Shown: in pieces, positions 1 through 12,793 of the stretch
Layout: every line of letters starts with the position of its first letter
Position numbering within the stretch: the stretch's first letter is position 1
Assembly: GCA_036867785.1 (NCBI GenBank)
Contig: CP145409.1
Span: forward strand, 310,001 to 374,000
Source of the DNA: Plasmodiophora brassicae
Lineage: Eukaryota
Reading direction: 5' to 3'
DNA: 64,000 nucleotides
Notes under the pieces: model-generated
Database searches by the model: none
The model's input: only the letters and a program-made list of their open reading frames with translations
What the model was told of the DNA's origin: nothing
Program-made: the position numbers and the translations under genes

Positions 1-1330
1 CAACCTCATCGTGCAGGCCGTATGGTACGATGTGTACAAGAACCACCCAGTGCCGTCCGCGACCTCACAGTTTGTGATCGAGGGCGGTAACCCGACGCTA
101 GTCCCAGGAGGCCTGAAGATGCCGGTCAGAACCACTGGCCCATCTGTCCGATGCGTTCTCTAATCCAATGCCGCCTCAGATGACGTATCCGAAAGACCTG
201 ACCCAGCCCACGACGGGGACGATCGTGTCCACGACGCGTTTCTTGCTTTATGTAAGTCCCCGAGCGGGCACGTTCCGTCGACAGCGCATTGTGAGTGACC
301 TGAGGGCAGGGCGTGGTGTCGGCAACGTTTAAGAGCTCAGGCGTTCCTGGGCTAGTATCAAGTTTCATTACGTTCGGCAACAATGAGGACGAGATTGACG
401 TCGAGATCGGTGGTGGAGACAGTACCAACGTCCAGTTCAACTGGTACGGGTGTACCCCTGGCCAACGTGTCGCACACATTCTGAATTACGCGACCAGGTA
501 CTGGCATGGCATCAAGGAGCTCAATGCAAAGGGTATGCGGGTCGCCTGTACGTTTCCAGTTCAGACCACACTGACGAGCGCAGGTGCATCCCTTCACGGC
601 CACATTGTGAATACGCCGTTGGACAACTCAGAGAATTACTATACCTACACGGTACACGCCCTCGTGTGGCGAGCGCCCGTTGACGCATGTGCTCATCGCC
701 TGACTGCAGATCGACTGGAACGCAGAGCGCATCATCTGGTCCATCAACGGTGTCGTGCAGTACACCGCGACAGCGGATAGCCCCCGATTCCCCAGTTCGC
801 CTTCACGGATCGCCTTCGGTGTCTGGCAGGCACAATGGGGAAGGTCTCTTTAACCGCTGGTGGAAACGCCCCAGTCACACACGGTTTGACGTTGGGCGAT
901 AGCACCTGGGCGGGCACGAACGACTACACGAAATGGCGCAAAGACACCCCACCGTTCGTTCAGTTCCAGACCATATCCGTTGCATGGTAATCGGCGTGCT
1001 GTGGTGTCCGCGCGTGTTTCGTGGCACACAGCTGATTTCCGCTGTTCAGCGCTGCACAGAACGGCCCGCCTGCGGTCCCGTCTTCTCGTCCCGCCCCGAC
1101 GCCAATGCCTACCAAACCTTGTAGGGCGCTCCGGCGCGTGTCTGGGTGCCCCAACCGTATAACGAGTCTGCACAGGGTCACTACCGCCCCAACCTCCGGG
1201 CGGACCGTCCTGCAGCGACATCACCAGCTGTCTCTTCAACACGAGTAGCGACTCCAAATCGATCGCCCCGGCCGCCATCGTCACCGTCCTCCTCATCGCC
1301 ATCAACCTCTTCTTCTACTTGCACCACTGA
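1..1330 (+). CDS. GH16 glycoside hydrolase/transglycosylase, Crh-like; 5'-truncated by the window edge, multi-exon
   Basis: GVVSATFKSSGVPGLVSSFITFGNNEDEIDVEIGG contains the GH16 E-I-D-x-E catalytic motif. Later exons read YYTYT|IDWNAERIIWSING and PSSPSRIAFGVW. A hydrophobic tail AAIVTVLLIAINLFFYLHH* (TM or GPI signal) ends at TGA 1328-1330. Confidence 0.85.
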
Positions 1331-1610
1331 CCGCCACTGGCGCCAATACACTCCTGTCTGCGCCAGTCGCCGACGCCATCGACAACAGATGCCGGCCTGG
1401 ATGAGGCGTCACTGCCCAACGACGACGGGTGCCCGGCACGGGGCGACTTGCGGAGCGTCCGGAAATAGACGCACATACGTGCGCTGCATGACGAGTCGGG
1501 GCGCAGACAGTGCGTGCGAGAGTAGGTAGTGCGAGTGCGCGAGTGGAGCGCGACGCGCGGGTCCATCTAAGGCGGCCGGCGACAGCCCCAGACAGATATC
1601 GGCCGGCGCC

Positions 1611-2667
1611 ATGGAGGCCGGCAACGGCGCGGGGCTGTGGCTTCACGGCACCGCCTGCCCCGTCATCAACGCCGATGACGCCCACGTGGACGCGCAGCTC
1701 GACTACGCCGCCGAGGTGACGCCCACGAATCCCGGCGGCGTCCATATTCCGACGGGCGACGCCCTCGCGCAAATACGCGCTGATCGGCAACGGGAAGTCC
1801 TCATGCGAATGGCAACTAAAGCCGGTAGGGATATGATGTGCGCCGCCGACTGATTGCCTGTCTCACGCCGCTATTGCAGAGCGTGCAAGACGATCGCGTG
1901 TTAAGCGAAAAGCGTATGTCGCCGATCTAGAAGCGCAAGTGCAGGCTTACACCGAACGACTGGCGGCCCTCCAGGCTGAGGAGGCGCGTCTCGACGCGGA
2001 ACGACAGCACGAGGAATCGCAATCTTCAGCGCCGTCGCCGCCAGTGCCGCCGGAACAGGCACTGGATGACAAGTTCGCGACGTTGATCAACACGCAACGA
2101 AGTATCCTTGATGCAATCGTGGCACTGGACGTGTCGTCGCCTGACGCCGACCTCTCTGAGGCCAAACGACTGCTGGCCGCCTTCAAAGACATCACCAACC
2201 AACGGGCGGCCATGTGCGAATCGTATTTGGACTTGGCGGAGAAGATTCTATCGTTCGGGTCGGGTGTCTCCGGCGAAGCGCTCTGGGTCCTCTGCTGTCA
2301 GAACAGCGGCCAGGACGAGGAAGGCGGCCTGCTCCAGCAGCTGGAGCTGTCGACCCTGCAGCGAAACGCGATCGAATCGTTCAGCGAGGTGTTCGTCGGC
2401 CTGGAAACGCGCCTCAGGCACATCATCAACATCATGAGGCGGTACAAGACCCACTGTCGGGCCATGACCCAAACGCGGAACGCTGAAGTCGGCACGATCG
2501 TGTCATTGACCGGTACCCGAGAAACGGTGCGCATCCTGAACTGGATCGAGAAGCAGACGTGGTGCATGGAACTGCTCAGCAGCCTGTTCGACCAGTACGT
2601 CATGGACAGCCTTAGCGACTTCAACGGCAACAACAATAACAACCTTGGCAACAACCCGGCCAGGTGA
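1611..2667 (+). CDS. bZIP transcription factor, one intron at about 1825-1879
   Basis: Splicing gtaggg..ttgcag gives MATKAERARRSRVKRKAYVADLEAQVQAYTERLAALQAEEARL, a basic region followed by a leucine heptad repeat. Confidence 0.8.
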
Positions 2668-2849
2668 TGCCAGGCAGCGGCCCCGTCTATCTAAACCTAT
2701 TATCTCGTCCAGTATAATGTCAGCAATACAGTGCCGTTGGCTCCGCTGTCGACGTGGCTCGCGTCGCTCGAGATTGCTACCGTGCACGGTCTGATCGGTT
2801 CGGGAACGTGGCACGCGCCGCGCCCACATCACGATCCATCGCACCCAGC

Positions 2850-4738
2850 ATGTCGACATCTGATGCAGCAGCAGCTGCGCCGCCTGAGGCGACGACCGAT
2901 ACTTCACTCGCCGCGCCACGCCTCGCCCACCACCATACGGTTTCATCGATATCGCAGGTGTCCAGGGCCACCATCAGCGACATCGAAGACGACCCGGCCA
3001 CGACGAACACGCTTTGGGACACACTACTGGTCAGGACCGCGCGCATTCGTCAACGCGCGCGCGCTCCCGCTCAAACCCTCTGTTGCAGAAGGTCCCCCGT
3101 CTTGATGATCCAGAGGGGTCCCCTATCAACCGTCCTCATATTCGGTTCGTGACATTCGACAGCTGCCCTCTGGCGCGCGTGTTTGAAATCACGGGTGAGT
3201 AGGCGGTCGCTGTCGTCGATCATTGTGGGGCAGGCGACGGCTGCCCACGAGGCACATCATACGCGTTCCACGACGAGATGTTCGACGCCCGCATTCGGTG
3301 AAGGCAACGACGAACCCGGATGCGAAGTCAAACCCAGCAGCTATCTCGCCCTGTCCCTTCTGCGGCGTCCCTCGATGGCCTGCCTAACCGTACGTCGAGT
3401 CGGACGTCGGGCTCTCGTCGCCGCGACTAACGCTGCCGTCACGACCAGTTGAACGCGACGGCGGCTCGCGCCGGCCGACATCGGATCGAGCACCTGGAGA
3501 GCCCCGCATTGGTCGTCGAGTCCAGGACCAGCACGGCCGGCTTCGTGAACGCCGACGTGGACAGCGGGGAGGCGCCCGACGCCCACGACGGCACACTGGG
3601 CGCCCCTGCCGCGCGCGCTGGTCTGGCTGCTGATCCCGACAAGCGTCATCGGCGGCACCGATCGAGTTACGGCCGGGAGCCACGCCCGACGTCGCTGCTG
3701 TTGCAGGCCCCGGACGCGGCGGCGTCGACGGCCGGCGATGAGCAGTCGAACACCGATGCGCACGACTCGTGGTCGGCGTACCTGGACACGTCGTGCGACA
3801 GCGCGTCCAACTACGGCCAGGTGGGTGCGCGCCCGTCCACGACCCGTCCGCGTCTGACGTCGTCGTCGCGGGTACAGGCCGACGACAGGAAACGCGGCGG
3901 CGTGAAGGTGGAGATCACGAATGCCGACCAGGGCCCTGTGCACAGGCCGAACAACGGGGCCAGCAAGGCGCCCCAGCCGATGTTGTCGATTGCCGCGAAG
4001 CCCACGTCGCCGCTGTCGCTGCTGATCGCCAACCAGCGGTTCACGATGAAACCGCCGGCGTCGCCCGACAACGCCAAGCAGGTCGTCCTGATCGAACCCC
4101 GCCAGACCGGCGACGACCAGCCGGCGGCCCCTTCGTATGTCATCGTCCAGGTAAGCGATCGTCTGCTGGGTCCCCCGGGCGCAATCGCATAACGTGCCCG
4201 ACAGGCAGCAACGATTAGTGAGGCGCTGGCGGTGCTGTCGGCCGAACAGCAGGCCGGCCGGTCGTCATCTGTCCCGTCAGCGGCTCCAGCGCCCCCGCGA
4301 CGACGGGCACCTTCACGGGCCATACGACGATCATTGGTGTCCACCTGCAAGGAGCTGGTCGTCGAGTCGCTGCAGGAGGAGCGGCGTCGCATGCGACGCC
4401 GATCATCGGCATCGGTGCCGTTGAACGACCTCGTCGTCGCTCTGCTTCACCACGCGAGACGCCCCACCGTGTCCCGTCGCCGACGATCCAGGACGTCAAA
4501 GTTGGCCCCCCGCACCGCCCGGTCTCTGGGGCGACGTTCACTAACTGTGGGGCCAGTGTCAACAGCGAAGCGGGCTCCAATGACGAATCGTCCGACGACG
4601 GCGAGTTCTCCAGCAGCTACGACGACACGCCGGTCGCTCGACCGACCCTGTCCCGGTACCGTCGGAGGAGATCATCGGCACGGGCCGCCGGCCCTCGACG
4701 AAGCAGCGCATCAGGCGCCCGTTGACACTCTGCTATAA
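2850..4738 (+). CDS. hypothetical low-complexity Ser/Ala/Arg-rich protein, multi-exon; boundaries approximate
   Basis: Successive + strand ORF pieces (MSTSDAAAAAPPE..., KVPRLDDPEG..., 3449-4149, 4232-4738) are separated by GT..AG segments. No domain recognised. Confidence 0.45.
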
Positions 4739-4798
4739 ACCGCAACAGCAATCGTTGGCGAATCGCGCGTTGCATATTTACTTCGTTCCGGTCGTGGA

Positions 4799-7700
4799 TC
4801 ACGACGCGAGCGTGATGGTGTACGGGGCGCCCGAGATCGGCGTCGCCGACGAGAAGAGTTGCGCCTGTGGAATCACCTGCTTCGTCTGCGACGTGGACGA
4901 CCACGACAGGGCCGCCCAGGCGTTCCCGGTCGTCTTCCGGAACTCGACCTTGATCGGGTACAGGATCGTCGCCGTCGGGATCGCATACGTCGCGTTCGTC
5001 TCGCCTGCCGACCGCGATTAGACAACATGGGCGACCCCGCTTCCACGACTGACCGGCGACGCCGTTCCAGTTGTCGATGATGAGGATGTTGTTGACCCAG
5101 AGACGCCCCTGGATGACGTTGATGTAGAAGGTGTACGTCTGCGCGTACAACGGCGACACGTATCCGGTCCAGCGCACGGACACGTAATCCTGCCGGTGAT
5201 CGTCACCTCCCGATGGCACACGACGGTCGGGGGGGCAGGACTCGTACGCACCTGGGCCGATGGCGTGATCAGGCCGGACCCCCATTGGAAGTCGATGAAC
5301 TTGTCCACGCGGGCGTCGACGGGGCCGCCGGACAACCAGCGATTGTTGTAGTACTCGCCATAGAGGCCATCGCCGCCTGTGCCGCTGCCGCTGGCCAGCA
5401 GCACGTTGTACACGTACATGCCGGCCGCCGGCAGCGTGTAACTGATCGTCGTCGTCAGCAACCCCGGACGGCAGCGCACGCGAACCCAGGCCAGCCTACT
5501 TGACAACGTAGGTGCCGTTGTTCGCGTCCGTAACGGTCGCCCTGTAGACCGCGTTCGTCTTGTCGGTCATGTTGACGAACAGGAACCGCCCCCCCGTTGC
5601 CAGCGCGTTGTTGCTCGCGTCGTACGTGATCACTGGGAAGCGCGTCGCGCACGGTCAGCCGTGAACGGGGATAGCCACAGGCGGTCGCCGCCCTGTACCT
5701 TTGAACGAGGCCTTGCTGTTCGAGGTCGGCGCCGGCGGCGTCCCACCTACAACGATGGTATTCGACGCCACGGCTGCGTTGGCAGCGACGACCGTGGTGA
5801 ACGACGACCCGATGACGACGGCGTCGACCGCGATACTCGTCGTGTACGTCGCCTTGACGGTCGCTGTGTAATTGCACAGGTACGTGCCGTCGGCGTTGTC
5901 CCTGATGGCAACCGGCACGCTGGTGCCTGCCGACAGCATCTGTGCGATATTCCATATCATCTGGTCAGCGCCGAGCTGATCCAAATCGCCCCTACCGTGA
6001 TGTTCCAGAAGTCGCCACCGACCGTCCGCCGGTTCCCCGATGAGTCGTAGACCGTCAGCACGAATTGTGTCTGCGCCAAGCAATGGGGCAGGGTCAGCAG
6101 AGGCGCGCATCCACAGCAGCTCGACTATGTTAGCAGACCGGCACGCCAGCGATGGCTTGAGTGGCTCCCGTCCCCGCGATCACCGTCTTCTCTATGTGAT
6201 GGGTAAGCGGTCGCACGTGCGATGTGCGTCCCAGCGGCGTACTGGCGTAGGTGGGTCCCACAGGGACCGTCAGCTGCCAAGGGCTGCCATAGATGTGGTT
6301 GCCAGCGCCGTTCAGGTAGATGGACAGCGTGAAACTGCCCGCCTCTGCACAGCGGGCAACGACGTGTTAGATCAGGTCGTCGGCGAACGGACACGTCGAG
6401 TGCCCCCGAACCGGTGGCCGTGAAGTTCACCAGGTACTGCCCCGACTGCGACCCGACGTTCGTGATGACGGGCGTGTACGTCGTCGACGTGTACACGGCG
6501 GCCAGCGATGCGGAGAACAACGCTACAGAGCAAACGTTATCGTCAGTAATTGACGGCGGTAGGGTTTCAGCACCCGGGCGGGAGATTGTCGACCTTGTTG
6601 CCCTCCGGCGATATCCAGGTTGCCGTACGTGTCCCTGGCCGTGATCGTGACCTGTGTCGGCGTGCTGTAGGGGATCGTGCCCGATGTCAACACGGAACCA
6701 GTTGCCGTCGTCTTCGTTCGGTTCAGCGCCCCCTGAGTGACGGCCGCCACTGTGTCGCCCAGCGTCATCGTACTGCCGACAACAGCCGTGCTGGAAAGTG
6801 ACGCGCGTGCCTAACCTGTGTACGGGGAACCTGCGATGTTGCCGACGTAGTACAGGGCGGTGGACGGCACGACGGCCAGCGTCGTGCTGGGCGACGACCA
6901 CCACAGGACGCATTCGGCCTGGCCCGTCCCGGCATGGAACTCGAGCGCGATGTCGTAGAGCGTTGACGCGGTCAGCGAGATCGTCCCCGAGACGTCTCCG
7001 TCGCCGGACGCGCTTGCCCAACTGCTGATGACGGCCTGGCCTGCGACGCAGGACGACATCAGCAGGCGAAGCGTCAGTGGGCGGGCGAGATGCCCGCCGT
7101 ACCGTTGACGTAGAGCTGGGCGCCGGTGTTGGCGTTCAACGAGACAGTGAACTGGTACACCTCGCTGTACGACGGCATGATCTTGCCGACCCAGCGCACC
7201 GAGAAGTGGTCGGCAGGCAGGCCCGAGATGGCCGGCGCGTACCCCCAGTTATGGTTCACCGTCGCCTCCAGCACGTTCGCCGACTTCACGGCGGTCATCA
7301 CCTGCTCCCATGTCACGTTTCGAGGCACGACCCTCCTCTGCCCAGAGGAGACCCACCTCATCCGCATAGTACGTCGCGTACAACCCGCCGACAACGGCCA
7401 CCTGGACGGTGACTGGCACACGCGCATCAGCATACCGATTGTGTGTCAGGCGTGCCGCCGCCTGGCCCGCCAACCTGTATGGGATCCAGCCAGCGTCGGC
7501 GTGTACGCCGCCGAGTAGATGCCCGTGCCATAGTCGGTGAGCGCGATCGGTAGCAGGCCGGCACCACCCGGTTGCTGGACGGTGACATTGACCAGGTTGC
7601 CGCCTGTCACCAGCGCGTTCGCCGACGCGTCGTGCAGCGTGATTGTCAGCGATACGGCCGTGCCGGCGACCGACGTCGACAGGCCCGTCCCAGTGACCTG

Positions 7701-10568
7701 CGCTCTCGCTCGTCAGCAGCGGGAGGTGAGCACGCCCCCAGGCACAACGCGTACATTGGAGTTGGCGGCCGATGCCGCTCCCGGGTACACGTTCAGGACG
7801 AACGGGCTGCCGGGTACGTTCGTGCCACCGACCTGCGCGCGCGGGGGCGTCATTCGCCCGCCCGACCCACGCGCCGCTGATGGCAACGTACCTTGACGGT
7901 CAGCGTGCACCCGAGGTACTTCGTCGTCGGCGTGTACGTCACCGTGTACACGCCGTTGCCGGACCAGACCGCCGTCCCGCTTACCGACCTGCCGCCCGGG
8001 CCCACCTCAGTTCCTCGTGCCACCAGATACAGGTTCGCGCGCGTCCTGTCACGAACCCGCAACTGGATCCAGTGACGGCCGTCACCGTCGCCGTGTTGTT
8101 CGCGATCAGGTTCGTCTGCGAGTCGCGCGCCGTCACCGTGAACGTCTGCAGGACGCCTAGACGAAACGTCGTTGTAAACGTCACCGGCGTCACGGGCGGT
8201 CCGCTCCACGAACCTGAGACGGCGGTGCCCAGACTTGCACCGGCTGCACTCGACGTTGAAGCGACCGGGGCGCCGGGTACGGCCACAATCGTGACCGGCG
8301 ACCCAGACAGCTGGGTCCCGTTCATCGATACCGTCGCCTTGTAACTGTGCGACAGGCAATGTCAGGACGGGGGGAGGGCGCATGCCTCCAGGGCGGTGCC
8401 GCATCGAACCTGCCGGCGAGGGTCGGTGTGAACGTCGCCGTGTACCGTCCGGAACCAGCATAGACGATAGAGCTCGCCGACAGCGTCGCCGGGCCCGTTA
8501 ACGATACCGCCCACGTGCTGATACTGGTCCCGCCCGTCACCAGCTGGTTGCCGTAGACGTCCCTCGCCGTCAGCGTCATCGTGCTCGACACGCCCGCAGT
8601 CGCATTCGCCAGGTACGTGAACGTCGACCTGCCGGAAGGGCACACAACCGTTCAGATGCACGACGACACGGCCATGGGCAGCACAGCGCGCCCGACTTAG
8701 CAGCATCGGGGGCACCGACAGCAACCGTGACGCTGAAGGTGCCCGACTGGGTTAGGATCGCGGTCGACCCGATCGTCACCAGCAGCGTCAGTGATCCGCT
8801 GACGACAGGGACGTAGAACACGGCGTACAGGCCGTTGCCCAACGCCGTCACGCCCGCCTGGGGCGCGTTCGTCCCCGACAAGGCGCACCCGACCGAATCC
8901 GTCGTCGACGTCACGTTGTTTCCGTAGGCGTCCTTGGCCTACGGCGACATGGCCCAGGGGTCATTGACGCTCGACGATGCACCGAACGCTCCCGCTGCGC
9001 GTCGTACCTGAACGTAGAACGACGCCGTCTGGCCGACGGTGGCGGTGGACAGGCCCGACCCGTACGCGATGGAGTTGCCGGCGCTGGTGGCCGCCGGCAC
9101 GACCGACACGCTGAACGGGCTGGCGACGATGTTGGCCCCGTTGATCTTCACGTACAGCAGGTAGGCGCCGGTGACGTTCGCCGTCCAGCTCGCCGTGTAC
9201 GTCGCCCCACCGCTGTAGACGATCGTGCCGTTGATCGCGCCGGGCCCCGTCGCCGTCACCGTGAACGTCCCCGCCGTCTTGGCCGTCTGCAGGTTGCCGA
9301 ACACGTCCTTCGCCGTCACCTTGAACACGTTCGACAACGTCCATGGCCCGGCCGTGATCGGCGTCGTCAGCGCCACGCCCGACGCCGTCGTCTGCGACGA
9401 GCTAGGCGGGTCGCCGGGCTTCACCACGATGCCGTTGAACGGCGACCCTGAGATGGCGTCCACCGTGTACAGCGCGGTGGACGGGATGATCTGCTTCGGG
9501 ACCGACGGCGCCGACCAGGACAGCTGGGCGGTGGCCGACCCTCGTATCTGCCGATAGTCGATGGCGATGTCGTGCAGGTAGTTGGCCATTAGGGCGACGT
9601 TCGCCCACGTCTCGTTGCAGCACGTGTCCCACTTGTCGATGACCAGGCGCTTGTCCAGCCACAGGCGCACGCCATCGTCGGCGTAGAAATAGATCGTGTA
9701 CGTCTGGCCGGAGTCAGTCCAGGTGATCAGCGACGCGCACGAGGGGCAGACCTGGTTGTACGACGGCCGCAGCCGGCCCTGCCAGCGGACGGACACGTAA
9801 TCGACGCCATAGGTCGTGATGGGCCCGGTCCCCCACTGGAAGTTGATCGTGGAGTCGATGCGCGTGACGGTCGGGTTGTTCAGGAACCACATGTTGTCGT
9901 AGTACTGGCCACGTAACCCGCCCGAATACGCGTACCCTGCGCTCGCTGGTCAGCATCCATTCCGGGAGCGGCGTCTCGCACACGCCAGGCGCCTCACAGA
10001 TTGACAGGTCGTATGTGCCGACGACCTCGGGCGCGTACGTCACCGTGTACGTGCCGTCGGCGTTGTCGGCAACGGTGCCGACGACCCAGTTCGGCCCACC
10101 TGACACCTGTCCGGGTTTGCTTAGCGAACGATGCCTGACGGGCGACGATACACACACTGCCTCGTGCCTGAATGTACGAGGTGGACAGGCAGGACGGCGA
10201 GGCAACGTTAGGCGACGTGTATGGAGCGCACGATGGCAGGCACGTGTACGTGTACAGGTTATTCGTGCACGACGCGTTGTTCGTGTACAGTTCGGCGACG
10301 AACAGGTCGCCTCCCGTGCCGACGGCGGCGCCACCCGACGTCTTCGCCGTCACCGTCACCTGCCTGGTCGACAGTGTCCCGCCTATCGTCGTTGGATTCG
10401 TCTATGGCGCAGGCTGTCACCCCACGATCGCCAATCATCATAGCAGGGCAACGCGACGAGACGTACAGCGGCCGTTGCGGTCGACGTCGGCCCATAGGTT
10501 GTTGCCCCTGACACAATCGCGAACCTGATGCATAGGGTCGTAACAAGAGCGAGCGCGCTCGTCGACAT
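4799..10568 (-). CDS. large secreted protein with three PA14 domains and multiple filamin/Ig-like repeats, many introns
   Basis: Signal peptide MSTSALALVTTLCIRFAIVSG. PA14 signatures GLRGQYYDN..INFQWG..DYVSVRWQG (about 9450-9925), GLYATYY..NHNWG..DHFSVRWVG (about 6850-7375) and GLYGEYYNN..IDFQWG..DYVSVRWTG (about 4810-5370). Filamin-like motifs TARDxYGN, DNADGTYxxxY and GSPFxV recur. Ends GAPYTITLAS*. Confidence 0.85.
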
Positions 10569-10691
10569 CGTCGCCGGCGACCGCCCAACTGACACCACCG
10601 GTACTGGATCGGCCTCCTTCGAATGCGCAACGTGAACGGGAAGGTCCCGCCGGCGGAACAGGACCTTTGTGACGGGGGACGCGCCCATGGG

Positions 10692-12159
10692 CTACGATGA
10701 CGACAGGAACTCGGCACGCCTCCGGGCGGCGTACATGGTGGCAGCGACAACGACAACGACGAGAACGGCGCCGACCGCGGCAATGATGGCGGCGGTGGAT
10801 CCCTCGGACAGGCCCGCGCTGGATGATTCTTGAACGGCAGGCGCTTGGTCTGACGACGATTCGCCCGGCGCTGGTGCCGGCTTCGTCTTGCCGCCCGCTT
10901 TCGCCTTCCTGGGTTTGCCGCCGGTGCTTCGGCTGCTTTCGATGACGACCGTCTCGGTCGTTGCCGTGCCCGGGTCGGCAACGTCGAACACGCTGTCCTG
11001 CGCCTCCCGTCGTATAGGACCCCATGCGCCGTCCTGTCCCTGGGCACCTGTGGGCCAGACAACGACCCGCTGCTGCTGGTCGGGCGGGTTGCGGCCCAGG
11101 TTGCCCCATACCGAGTTGTCGTTGCCCGGCCAGGGGCCTGGACCGGCCTGTTGCCCCGGCAGAGCGTTCTCCTGGGCGACGATCGACCCGGGCGGCGGGT
11201 CGCCAGCAGCGACCTGTTCCGGGCCACGATGTCGTGGCATCTTGAACGGAGACCGCTGGATCCGCGTCTGCTGTTGCTGCTGCTGCTGTGCTCCCGGATC
11301 GGGGGCGACCTGGTCCACAGCAGGGTCGGCCGGTGGTGGCTGAGCAACAGCTTGCTGTTGCTGGGAGGTGGCCTGTGGCGGCCTGCGATTCGGTTTCTTC
11401 GGCGGTGGCGGCGGACGTGGCGCGACCGATTCGTCGTCGCCGTCGTCATTGTCGTCGGCGTCGCCTTCAACGGCATCAGCCGCAGCAGCAGCAGCAGCAG
11501 CAGCAGCATCATCAACACTGTCTTCCGCCCCCGCCGGTTGCGCCTTCTTCCCCGGAATCCCCTTCTTCTTCGCAGGCCTGCGTCATCGTACGACCGTTAG
11601 ACGACCCATGATCGTATGGCCCGTTATCGTCCGACCGTTTGGCTGCCGCTGGACCTGCCGTTGTCGAAGGAGGTGTCACCGTCGCTGGTACAGGAGCAGC
11701 AGCGGGAACAGCAGCAGCAGCAGGCGGGACGACTGGGGGGACGACGACAGCAGGAGGCGATTGCGCTGGTGGAGCAGCAGCGGCAGGAGGTGGCGGGGCG
11801 GGTGCGTCAGGCGGGACAGCAGCCGAAATCGTCGCCGCTGTTGCCGCCGCCGGGTGCACGCTCTCATCGTCGGCAGGGCGGCAGACGGGCGGGTTGGATT
11901 CGGCGGCGCCCAGGACGGTTCGGACGGTGGCGACCGTGCTGGACGGTGTCGTCATGCGCTCGTCGACGCACTGTTTACTGGCCAGGGTGACGTCGAACAC
12001 CTGACGACAGGCGACGACCTGCGATTTGACGGTGCGATCCGAGCACGACACGCGCTGGAGGCACCCGGCCAGTTCGGACGCCGCTTTCGTGAAGCAGTCG
12101 GCGCCGGCGACGGACGCCAGGCTGAGCAGGAGGAACGCGACCGTCATCATCGTCGCCAT
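10692..12159 (-). CDS. type I membrane protein with a small Cys-rich N-terminal domain and a Pro/Ala/Gln-rich stalk
   Basis: Signal peptide MATMMTVAFLLLSLASVAGA, then a five-Cys segment. One intron near 11580-11635 joins the frames. C-terminal TM AAIIAAVGAVLVVVVVAATMY is followed by RRR. Confidence 0.7.
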
Positions 12160-12793
12160 CGGGTTGTGGCCGTCGTCGGTGACTCATACTGGACCGGGGG
12201 CGCGTGCCCGGTACCGAACAGTGTGGAAACCGACGGCTGTCCTGCAGGCCTCGCTGGCCGCCTAAATCGGCGGCAAGCAAACGCAGAGCGCCGGCGGCGG
12301 CGATGGATGACGACGGTGGCCCGGCGTTCGACCATTGCCTGATTGCGGCCCTGATGAAGTCGCTGGCCACGAAGACCCCGTCGCGGTTGACATGTACGTA
12401 GGCGCTGGGGTCGCGTCCGACGACGCCACCGACCTGGGTCATGTGCAGACAGCAAAGAAAGCATCGCGCTCATTGCCCGGTACGTTCAGATCTTCGTCGA
12501 AGGTCGGGTGGTGCGGATCCGCCGACACGACCGCGTGTCTCGCTGACCCGGTTGGGGCGGTTGTGCAGATGCGAACACGCGTTCGTTCTCGGATGCGCTG
12601 GAGACGGACTCGGAGACGGTCGAGGCCGGCAACTTTGAATCGATCATGTCGCTCCTGCGTCTCGACTATCGATGAACTGTCTGTAGCATATCGTCCGCAT
12701 CGTGGAACGTCTCAGCGTCGTAGCATTGGGTGCAGTCAGTCAGACGGGCGCGCTCGGGCGGTGGCGATCGTCGTGCGTGCTGGGGGAGCTCCA

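Noticed and set aside
10259-12342. Long overlapping ORFs with poly-Leu/Ser/Ala runs from CAG/CTG repeats
   Set aside because: They are alternative frames of the low-complexity membrane protein gene.
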